The position numbers and the translations under genes are program-made. Below the pieces are notes generated by a model, which saw only the letters and a program-made list of their open reading frames with translations, was not told where the DNA came from and ran no database searches. A stretch of 64,000 bases of DNA from a virus (taxonomy: Duplodnaviria > Heunggongvirae > Uroviricota > Caudoviricetes), in the IMG/VR virus record IMGVR_UViG_3300028805_000073; one strand, written 5' to 3'. Positions 52,301 through 62,400 of the stretch are shown here, in pieces. The number at the start of each line of letters is the position of its first letter. Positions within the stretch are counted from its first letter, which is position 1.

Positions 52301-53200
52301 TTACACATAAGGTTGTGCTAATACAGTATCAGCAGCACCAGCATCTCCTGCTTTCTTGATTTTAGCAGAGAATAAAGTATTTAAGGCTGTATAAATTTCC
52401 TTTGCAGCGCCAGAACTATCTGCAATTTTACCAGCAGCATAAATAACATGAGTAGTTACAGAAGTAGCTCTGTTACCAACAACTTGTCCTGCAATACCAT
52501 CTCTATCTACACACATTGTAATAATGAATTGTGTATATTCTTGTCCAGGAATGGGGAGTTCTCCCATTTGTTTTGTAACTGACCAAAAACCTGTATTTGC
52601 AGCAGTTGGAAGTCTTAAGTTATGGATAATCCAATTATAATCTCCAAATGCTTCAAGACCTGGAAGGATAGCTATTTCATCTGAATCTAATTCTACAGCT
52701 TCTCCGTTTTCATCTAATTTTTGAGCAGGATTTCCAGCTATTGCTAATCCTGTAGTATCATCAATTTCATATATTACAGGTACACCAGTCTTTATTGTAA
52801 TAAAGTCACCTTGATCTGAGCAGCAATCAATAGTATATGCTTTTGGATCATAACTTTGAAGTTCTGCTTTCTTGATTATTTGATAACCATTAACTGCTTC
52901 AAAAGTAACAGTACCTGTAGCAGAATTATTTCCACTTGCAGCAGCAGTAGTTGTAGTAACAGTTAAAATCTTTTCTTTTTCTCCAGTTTCAAAAAGTAAA
53001 TATTTCTTTGCAATTTTAGCTACTCTCTTAGCAACTACATCAGCAGTATCAGTACTCTTAACTGGGAATTCTACATAGAAAGGTTTTCCTTTATAAACTA
53101 ATGCATTAGAATAGAAAGAATCTTGACTTCCCATTGATAATCCAAGATAAAGAGCAATTCTTCCTGTAGTTTCTCCTGTTTGAGGAATAACATCAGCCAT
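52301..53200 (-). CDS. TAG-free virion structural protein (299 aa; capsid- or tail-associated; probably highly expressed)
   Basis: Intact standard-code ORF in a region where neighbouring genes are TAG-dense. Ala/Thr/Gly-rich. Followed by a strong terminator. Confidence 0.55.
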   Translation of the reverse strand: MADVIPQTGETTGRIALYLGLSMGSQDSFYSNALVYKGKPFYVEFPVKSTDTADVVAKRVAKIAKKYLLFETGEKEKILTVTTTTAAASGNNSATGTVTFEAVNGYQIIKKAELQSYDPKAYTIDCCSDQGDFITIKTGVPVIYEIDDTTGLAIAGNPAQKLDENGEAVELDSDEIAILPGLEAFGDYNWIIHNLRLPTAANTGFWSVTKQMGELPIPGQEYTQFIITMCVDRDGIAGQVVGNRATSVTTHVIYAAGKIADSSGAAKEIYTALNTLFSAKIKKAGDAGAADTVLAQPYV

Positions 53201-53438
53201 ATCAAATGTTACACATGCTAAACTTTCTTTTGAAGGAGCTTTAATCTAAATATCTGTAACATATGGAGAATCAAATCTAGTATTACCAATTCTAATAGAA
53301 GGAATTCTGCTGTTAGTAGAAGTAATTAAATTGGCATTCTTAACAGTTCCTGCTTTAACCTATGCATCAGTTGCAGGAGTAATTGTGTTGTAAATTGTTT
53401 GGGTTGTAAAACTAAACATAATTAATTAAATTTTAAAA

Positions 53439-54584
53439 TTACGCAGATTGTCCTGCTGCTTCAGGAGTCTATGCCTGAGCTGGATTAGCAATAGACTGAC
53501 TAACTACTGGATGTGTCTAAAGTCTCTGGTCACTAATATTTTCCATAATAAGATGTACCAACTCATTTATAATCTCTTGACAAACATAATCAGGATATTC
53601 TAACAACTAAGAAACATCCTCTGTTCTGTCAAGCTAATACTATGTAAGGCGTATGTGTTGAGGTGCTTTTATATAATCAACATAAACATCAGTAAGTTTA
53701 AATACTGAATCATCAGTACCATATCTGATTTCGATACGTACTTCAGAACGATTTCCATAACGTAAATATGCTCCTTTTTCTCTTAATGAACCACTTACTT
53801 TACTATCTCCATATGTTAAGTCAATAGTATTTTTATAATCATTACCTTGATAAATCTTATTACCAGTTCCATCTACTCCAAGATCTAATAGTCCAGATGA
53901 TACATTTTGATGATAATGTGAATTAGCAGGATCATAAGAAGCTGCGTTTTGATTTACTCCAGGAGAATCAATACCTCTTCCTTGATGTTCTCCTTCATTT
54001 TCATATGTTGCAGTTGGAATAGTAGCATATTTTATATTAGTTCTAGATGTATTTGGCATATTACCACTACCATTATTAGAAAGATCATCAAAACTATCTC
54101 CAGAACTCCATTGATCAACTATTTTATTTACATTATGGATATAATAATAAGGTCTTTTATAATCCGGTTTATTCCAGAAATTATCAAGAACCTAAGAATA
54201 CATATCAGCTGTTAAGCGAGTAGCTGCTGCTCTCCAAGTATCTCCTCTATTATAGCATTTGTAGGTTTTATCAACTCTGTAGATACAAATGCAATTAAGA
54301 ATATGAAGATAATCAGCTGGCATTACAACTTCATAATTTGCTCCATCTGCTAAACTTAATCCATTATAATCCTAAATTTTAGTAGGTTTAAGCATAGCAG
54401 TAGCTTTAAGTACTCTTAAATCATCTGTTGTTTGTTGATTAACATCATAAATATTATATCTTTTGTTGATATAATTATTTATAGCTTTATTTGCGAAATA
54501 ATTAAAATCCTCTAACAGTATGTTAGGAGCATTTTCCTTATTTAATTCAATTAATACACCATCGTATAATTGTCTTGCGGTCAT
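53439..54584 (-). CDS. Hypothetical structural protein (~381 aa)
   Basis: Pieces 54372..54584 and 53640..54059 are in one frame, joined by TAG. Stop TAA 53439-53441. Confidence 0.45.
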
Positions 54585-54593
54585 TTAATTACC

Positions 54594-55456
54594 TTATTTT
54601 TCTTCAGATTTTCCCATCAATTCGGGATAAGTATCTTGTTTTATAAGTTTATATATATTTGCGTTCTTTGGATCTTTTAAATATAATATGGCAGCATCAT
54701 CGGTTGCACCTAATACTACATTATCCGCATATGTATAGAGTTTATTTTTATACATAATAATATGTTTATCTCTAGCTTCTACAAACAGTAATCTAACTGC
54801 TGTATCTCCACCAGTATATAGATTAATAATTTTTTCTGGATCTGTCTCTGCTACTTGTAATAGATAATCTGTTACATCAGCATCAGGCATATTATCCATT
54901 CTATGTCCTAATAATCTAGCCTTTAATACTCTTCCTTCATATCCTCTATCATCATTATAAATATATGATTCAGCATCATGCTTAAGTTTCTTACGAGATA
55001 CTCTTCTATTAGCTTCAACTCCAGGTCTAACGATATAGAGTTCTGCTGTACCATACTTTCTGAGTTCTTTGTTATATAATTCCTTTACACCATAAGTTCT
55101 AGTGTCTCCATTAATTAAAGAAAATCCGGAAGAATCCTTTGCATAGTAATCAGGAGAAATTAAAGGATTATTTTTTATAGCTTCCCATTTAAATCTATCT
55201 CCAACATTATCTAAGTCAAAGGTCATACCATCTACTACATCAATTACTGCATCTTCTCTAATAAAATAGTTCCTATTTGGATCATTCATTTCTTTTTCAT
55301 TAAGAACCATATTTCCATTAGAGTCTACTCTTTTTACACAATCAGGATAATTTCCGTATTTATCTTTACAAGGTTGCATTTTTATAACTATACCAACCTT
55401 TCCTCTTACACTTTTAAGTATTATCTTATTAGATAAATTAATTTCCTATTTAGTTT
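54594..55456 (-). CDS. Hypothetical structural protein (287 aa; alternative start at 55379)
   Basis: ORF 54594..55379 has no TAG over 261 aa. An upstream in-frame ATG at 55456 adds 26 aa and one TAG. Confidence 0.45.
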
Positions 55457-55496
55457 CCTTTGCCATATTATTTCATTAACATAAAAATTTATATTA

Positions 55497-55532
55497 ATAC
55501 GGGCTCCTGAGTAAATCCCAGGAGAACCGTAT
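55497..55532 (-). terminator. Hairpin between two capsid-region genes
   Basis: ACGGGCTCCTG-agtaaatcc-CAGGAGAACCGT with AT/U-rich flanks. Confidence 0.35.
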
Positions 55533-55564
55533 TAACAGTATCTAATTAATTTTATTTTCTTTTA

Positions 55565-56430
55565 TTAAACTTCTCTGATTACATAACTTCTATATGGATT
55601 GAATAAAGCTAATGAGCTATATCCCCACATAATACGTTTAGCACCAGCAACAGGTGTTGAAACTTCTCCAGATTCTAATCCAGTTAATCCACCAACACCT
55701 TTAATATAAGATTGCATCATATCACCACCTTTAAGGGTAAATAATGCTATAGGAGGCTGACTGCTTGTCTTATCACCTGTTACATCAATAGCAAATGCAT
55801 AACCCTTATCAGCATATTCTCTTGTTAATGCTTTATCAACCTTAAAGGTAATTTCGTTACCCATCCAACGATAAGTATCGTATCCTCTAGCTCCAACTTC
55901 TACATATCCATTAGCTTTCATTGACCATAAGTATGATCCATCAGTGTGATACTGTGCAAGATATGTATCAAGTAAATCTCCAAGTTGATAATAGAATGGT
56001 TCATTGCAAATAAATAAATACTTATTACCTGTAGTTTCTCTAGCCTTTTCATTAAGACTTTGAATTGCAGTTCTTAATACATTAATAGTAAGTTTGTTAT
56101 AAGCATATTTACTTGCAAAAGCTTCAACTTGAGGAATTAAACCATCAGAAATATAGATAGGTCTATTTGTTTGTGGATCAACAATAGTAGCTTTACCATC
56201 TTCTGTTACATTACCTTTAGAGAATAATAAAGCATTATTACGTCCTTCAAGGAATGTATTAAGTAATGTCTTTTGAACAGTATCCATTCTATAAATTGTT
56301 TCTGTTAGGGATCCTTGATCCTTACCTTCAGCAATCTTAATGAATACATTTTCTAAAGCAGCATATCTTTCAGAATAATCTGCGTCAAAACGGTGAGTCT
56401 AGATATATCCTCTGTGTTTTTCAACATTAG
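55565..56430 (-). CDS. Putative major capsid protein, 3' exon (open frame extends upstream of ATG 56287 with no in-frame start back to ~56500)
   Basis: ORF 55565..56287 (240 aa) has no TAG. The same frame stays open upstream through ...VFYGDIRGYTEEGYTKW[Q]SNVEKHRGYI[Q]THRFDADYSERYAALENVFIKIAEGKD... with no ATG, which is consistent with an exon. It lies downstream of the scaffold gene. Confidence 0.45.
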
Positions 56431-56439
56431 ACTACCATT

Positions 56440-57800
56440 TTGTGTAACCTTCTTCCGTATAACCTCTTATGTCGCCATAAAAGACTGACTATATTATTAA
56501 TTATTCTAAATATTTATAAATATGTTGTTTATGAGTTCTATTTGTTCCTGCTAAAACCTTCCAAACAGATGTTCCGTTTTCTTTTTCAGCAGCTGTAGCA
56601 GATTCATATTCTTTTACAAGATTTCCTTGTAAATCATATTTACCTACTCTACGTTTTTTATTTATTCCTTTTGGAATATTATAATTTTCAAGTTTTTCTA
56701 ATGACCATAAATATCCGTTTTCATCTGGAGATTTAAATTTTATCGATTTTGTTATATTGGTTTTGCATTCTAATTCAGCTTCTTGTTGAGTTTCATATTC
56801 TTTATTAAAACTTCCATCAGAATTATATTTAAAAACTCGTCTGGATTTTATATATTCAGTTCTTGCTTTATCATAAGACTCTGCTTTTATATAAGATAAG
56901 TAATACTTATTATGTACACAATTTCCTAAAATACAAGCTTTTCTTATAGTAGTTGTTGCAATTCCTGATTTTCTTTCTGCTTCAGCTTGTGTTTTAAATC
57001 CTCCTAAATATTGTCCTTTTAAATTATAAAAATAAATTTTATTAGAATGATTTAATCCTAAATTATAATTAGTTAAATCTAATTTTTCTAATTTATCTGT
57101 AGACCAAAAATAATTTTTAGCTTTAGCTTTTTTTCTTACTGCATAAGAAATTAAAGTGTAATCACAATTTAATTGTAAAGCAGCATCAGCAAAACTTTCA
57201 TATTCATTTAAATAATTTCCATTTTCATCATATTGAAAAACTTTTATTCTTTGAGAGATTAAACATCCAGCAATTCCTCCTAATATCATATTATATACAT
57301 CTGAACGTTCTAAAAACTTTTCATTAACAATTTGTTCTTCTAAATCAGAAGCTTCTTCCAAAGTATTAAAAATAGCTAATGTTTTTCTTTTAAAATTCTT
57401 TGGACCATATTTTTTAACTGCTGCTTGAAAAGCTGTTTTAGCATACATATATGTATAAGGTTGTGTGGCTATTATTCCATTTCCTAAATAACCATCAAAA
57501 ATATCTGGATTTTCTGTTTTATGTAATCCCACATATATTTTTCCATTAATTAAATTTGTTGTTTCATAAACAATATATTTCCAATTTTTTTCCATATTTA
57601 ATATAATTATTTACTCTTTCGATAAAAATTATCTACTCCTTACGGATAGTCGATGAACCTTATTAATAATCCTCTGCTATATTAGAGTGAAAATTAATCT
57701 TGGCTTCTGATTATCTCCGAAGAGATTTCCCAGAAATTAAGTAAATTTTCTTAGTCAAATAATTTAAAATATTATTCTAACTAAGGCACAAAGTAATTTA
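56440..57800 (-). mobile_element. Group I intron (approximate ends) with a GIY-YIG homing endonuclease in P8, interrupting the putative capsid gene
   Basis: On the - strand: P AATTTCTGGGAAATCTC (57722-57738), Q AATCAGAAGCC (57702-57712), UUCG-tetraloop hairpin ATCTCTTCGGAGAT (57714-57727), R GGTTCATCGACTATCCG (57643-57659) with GNRA loop CCGTAAGG, then the endonuclease ORF, then S AATATAGTCAG (56485-56495). The order P-Q-R-ORF-S is canonical. Confidence 0.6.
56501..57595 (-). CDS. GIY-YIG homing endonuclease with three C-terminal DNA-binding repeats (364 aa)
   Basis: KYIVYETTNLINGKIYVGLHKT (GIY...YVG). Three ~45-aa repeats of the form YDENGNYLNEYESFADAA.../KYNSDGSFNKEYETQQEAE.../KYDLQGNLVKEYESATAAE... 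It is intact in the standard code, with zero TAG. Confidence 0.8.
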   Translation of the reverse strand: MEKNWKYIVYETTNLINGKIYVGLHKTENPDIFDGYLGNGIIATQPYTYMYAKTAFQAAVKKYGPKNFKRKTLAIFNTLEEASDLEEQIVNEKFLERSDVYNMILGGIAGCLISQRIKVFQYDENGNYLNEYESFADAALQLNCDYTLISYAVRKKAKAKNYFWSTDKLEKLDLTNYNLGLNHSNKIYFYNLKGQYLGGFKTQAEAERKSGIATTTIRKACILGNCVHNKYYLSYIKAESYDKARTEYIKSRRVFKYNSDGSFNKEYETQQEAELECKTNITKSIKFKSPDENGYLWSLEKLENYNIPKGINKKRRVGKYDLQGNLVKEYESATAAEKENGTSVWKVLAGTNRTHKQHIYKYLE

Positions 57801-58333
57801 TGCATCTCAGGCATATTAGCAGTAATCCATCTTGTCTTATCACCAGGTTGACAAGCACTTAAATCGAGAATGCTTTCATAGTTGTTATCAACTAATCTTA
57901 CTACAACTTCCCAATAATTGTCACCTTTTCTAACAGGACGTGCTACTACCATGCACTACTGACCTGATCCTTCAATCTTGAAAATATCATATTTTTCATA
58001 ATATCTTTCTCTAAATGCCATTATGATTTCAGTTCCACCTGCTCCATCACCATCAGGTACAGCAGCAAATTCAATTCTCTTGATATAATTTGTTTCAATA
58101 TCAAAATCATATTGGAAAGCATTTAAAGATTGATATTTATTTCCACTACCTTTTAAGTTAGTATAGAATACATTTTTAAGAGATTCGGTAATGAAAGATG
58201 CTGTTAAGTCAGTATACATTCTTGAAACAATTCCAAGACGTTGTGGCTTAACTCCAAGGTACTTATAGAAATCTTCATAAGTACGTGTATCACCCATAGT
58301 AGGAATGTTAGAAACAAAACTAGCTATTTTCAT
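57764..58333 (-). CDS. Putative major capsid protein, 5' exon (its last ~10-20 codons and the TAA are probably intron-encoded)
   Basis: 189-aa ORF with one TAG. The TAA at 57764 lies only 26 nt upstream of the intron P element, so the 5' splice site must be inside this ORF. It follows the scaffold-like gene directly. Confidence 0.45.
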
Positions 58334-58349
58334 ATTCAGTTATTCATTT

Positions 58350-59387
58350 TTATTCATCATCGTCATCTAAGTCATTTATTGTTGTATATGAACGATAATG
58401 TTGTGGTTTCGTATTGTTTTTCTTATTTGAATTATCTATTACTACAGTAGGTCTAGTTTGTACTCCTTTTTTCCCGTCTTCCAAACCTCTCTTATATTGG
58501 TTATCAGACACCAATTTTATCTATTGTGCGTAATAATCGGAAATACTATTAAGAGCCTCCTCACCATTAAGGATAAACCAAGCAGCTTTAGTTAAGGTTT
58601 CTGGATCTTGTAAGGCTTCAAAAAGATAGTTCTTTCCAGACTGATCTCTTGATAACATAAACTCAGCAAGTTCTTCTCTATCAGCATCCTCAAAGTTTAG
58701 ATCAAAGCTTCCAACAGAGTTAAAATTACTTATAGCGTCAATCACTTGAGACTAATATTCTTGAAATTGTTCAGCTTCTTTTTGTTCTCTTTGAGCTTGC
58801 TCTTGTTGAGCTTGTAAATCTTCTCTTTCTTTATACTCTTTACGAATTCCTTCTACTTGTTTCTTGAAAAATTCTTCGTTAGATTTAACAGTATTTAATG
58901 CCTAAACAGCTTCATCTTCACTTAATTCTCCAACTCTAGATTCTAAATCAAGTAAATATACTTCATCATCAGATAAATCATCTATTTTATACTATGGAGT
59001 AACTTCTACTTGTTCTCCCTTAATAGACTCTAAATATTCAACTGGAGATAATTTACTTTCTCTGATTTGATTTATTAAATTGATTTCATCTTCTGTTAAA
59101 TCATTATTGTTATTATCTTCTTGTTCTGTTTCTAAAGGCATATTTAAAATATTAACTTTTTCTTCATTGGATAAGTCATTCCAACTTCTTTCAACTAAAT
59201 TTCCATTTTCATCTTCAAAGTTAATTTTATTTAAATCATCTATACCTCTAGTTTTTAAAAAATCTGACATAAAATCTCCTTCAGACTCCTAACCAGCAGG
59301 TGGAGTTACGGGAGGTTCTTGAATTTCTTCCTATTGACCAGGTTCAAGAATGTCGTCATCATCTAAATCATCAATTCCTATTGCCAT
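58350..59387 (-). CDS. Scaffolding-like acidic coiled-coil protein (345 aa)
   Basis: Pieces 58992..59270 and 58521..58745 are joined by TAGs. Hand translation runs from ATG 59387 (MAIGIDDLDDDILEPGQQEE...) to ...DLDDDE*. It is acidic, with an EEDLQAQQEQAQREQKEAEQ heptad region. Confidence 0.5.
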
Positions 59388-59475
59388 ATTTATTATATTT
59401 TTAATTAAATTGAAAACAATAAAGTTTCATATTAAAAATACTACTCCTTTATTGTTTTCAAAAAATTTTTATTTA

Positions 59476-62400
59476 TTATCCACAGAAGAACTAATACCAC
59501 CGATTATCTCCATTTACAACAGCTTTAATAAACATCTGTGGTCCATAACCTATTGATATTGAAACATCCTAATTATTATCACTAGCTTTTACAATAGTAG
59601 CAGTACTAATATCTTTAACACTAACTGTTACTCCACTCTATTGAGTAGATTTTACATAAACAACTTCAGAATATCCAGTTATATTTTCTGAATAAGGCAA
59701 ATAATAATTTCCCTAAGTAGTTATAAGGTTAAATCCACACTTTAAAGTATTATTTGTATTTGGAGTAGAACTAGATGGACTACTTGGAAAATTCTGTGAT
59801 ATATATAATGAATCCGTAGTTAATAACTATAAATTTGATCTACCATATACTCTTAAAGCATCAGTACTATAGTCCGGAGTTCCAGAAATTGCTCCATTCT
59901 AATACAATTCTATATATAAAGGAGTATTTATAATACCAGCTGAACCAAGTGAACTATTTGTTCCAGTATTAGGAATAAAATAAACAACTTTTTTACCGCC
60001 ATTATTACCATACTATCCATAAATTTGAATATTTCCAGATGATAGATTAGAACCAGCTCGGTCAGAAAGAGCTCCCGCATGATAATCACTTGTCTATAAA
60101 TGATCATTATAAATATCAAACCCACCTATAGTTCCTCCAGTAGCTATTATATTACCTTCAACATTAACACCTCCAGAAGAATCTATTAAGAATTTATTTT
60201 GAGCAGCACCTTGTTCTCCAGTTAATAAATTAACCCACCAATTTGGTTCAAACGAATTTGTGAAAGTGAGTGTAAGTTTAAAATTAATACTTGTTGTTGA
60301 ATTTGTTCCAACTCTTATATATCCATCATAACTTGAAGTTCTAGAGCCAGTATTAGGATTAGCAGTTGTTGTATTTACATTAACTATAGATGGATTATCA
60401 TGTCCATCTACTAATACACAATTTAAGACTCCAGATGTTGTAATTCTTTCTAATGTTGCATCAATTTTAACTCCGCTTGGAATATTCAAAGGTATTTTAT
60501 AACTCGATTCATTTGTACAGCTTCCAGTAAATACTATATTATTAGTAGGAGCACAAATAAATTTAGTATATGCTGGAACTCCAACAGATATTGTTGTTCC
60601 ATTATTATACTAAGTAGAACCTATTTTACCATTTGTAGAGATTATATAATCTCCACTTATAATAGCACTACCAAATTTAGCAAAGTTACCAAAATATGCT
60701 TCTGCCATATAAAACTTATTTTCATCCATCATCTATTTCCAGTGAGAATCAGCATAGATATTTTCGACTTGAGTTGGCCATCCAGTAGCAGTACGACTAC
60801 CATTACCATCTAATTCTGAATCTAATACATATAAAACATAAAATTTTTCATTATATTTTATGTAAGGAGCTTGATACTTTGTTGCTTTACAATTAGTTAA
60901 TAAAATATTATCTTTTCCATATTCTCCAACATAATAATACATTTTTCCAGCAGAAGCAGGTTGTTGAGTTATGTCTGGAATAGCAGGAACAAGTGCTCCT
61001 ATATCACTCCATTGTTCAGGTTTTATACTGTCAATACTACCATTAGAAGCAGCCGTAGCATGAATTTCATATAATGTCTAATTTCCAGAAGGAGGTGATA
61101 ATTTCCAATTTCCAATATATTCGTTTGTAGTTCTTTCATCTGTATATAATTTTTTACTTTCAAAATTATAATATAAAATACTATTAGGTTTGTTATCATT
61201 AGTTAGAACTTGAGTAGACCTCTAATATAAAAAGACACTTGCTATATTATAAAGCATATTTCCAGCAGCATCAACTCTTATAGGTTCACTCCATTCAGTT
61301 TTATTTATATCATCACTTATCGTCTAACCGTATGCTATAGCAGTAGTCATATATAGATCATTACTACCTTCTGGTATATTAATAGACCATCCATTGTTTT
61401 TACTACTATCATTCCAACTTAAAGTTTTATTTTTAAAATTATAATTAGATTTACTATCTATTCCAGTTTCAGTTAATTCTAATGAAGATCTTTTATAAAG
61501 TCTTATTGTAGCCTAAGAATATCCTGGTTCGTTTGGTTTTAAACAATAGATTTTTCCAATATCTACTTTTTCACTATTATAATATAAGCAAATATTATAT
61601 CCTCCTTCTTTATATGGTAATGGATTTGTTTCTTTCATCTATAAACCTGTATAATAACCAGACTAAGAAGGAGAAACTCCCTGGAAATATCCATCTTCAG
61701 TATCAATATTATAATAAATACCTTGAGTATCAGAAATGTCAATAGAATAATCACTATTACCAGGACGAGCTCCACTAGGATTATAAACACGTACTCCAAA
61801 ATTTCCTTGTGATCCATCATTTCCTATTTTTTTACATTCTATTCTTATAGTATTATTGCTGTCTGATACTTCTCCATTACTATTATAATGTATAACATTA
61901 TCATAAATAAGTAATTTAGGAAACGATCCATCGTTTGAAAGATCTGATATATTTAAATTAGAACATATTGTAACATCAAAAGAAGTTTCTTCTACTATTA
62001 ATTGTAAAGTATAATGATATAATCCCGTAGATAGTTTATTAATAGTTCTGCCTGATTCTTTATAGATAACAAATATATTACTTTCTGTTGTCTATCCCTA
62101 TTCAATCAAGTTATATTGATTATTATTAGTTTCAGTGTATAATTTTAATCCATCTGGAAGAACAATATCTGTTACTTTAAATTTACAATTCATAGTAACA
62201 TTAGAATTTGCTCTATATACAGTTATAGAATTACGTGTAGCTGCTTTTAATCCTGCATCATTAGTTGTATTATCATCAACATAACTACATGGATTATTTT
62301 GAGTCATAATGTATGCTTCTGTTCCCTATCCCTCTCCAGCAGGACCTCTATCACCTCTAATTGAAAAATCAACAGTTTCATTATCAACTATTTTTAGTTC

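Noticed and set aside
53366-53419. ATG at 53419 as an upstream start for the 299-aa gene
   Set aside because: It is followed after 17 codons by an in-frame TGA at 53366-53368.
55497-55532. Hairpin as a tRNA anticodon arm
   Set aside because: It has a 6-bp stem with an 8-9-nt loop and no other tRNA arms. It is better explained as an intergenic terminator.
57640-57665. GGTTCATCGACT... as the T-arm of a tRNA (a possible suppressor tRNA)
   Set aside because: There is no acceptor or anticodon-stem context. The motif instead fits the group I intron R element (GTTCA..GACTA..CG). It is flanked by P and Q elements.
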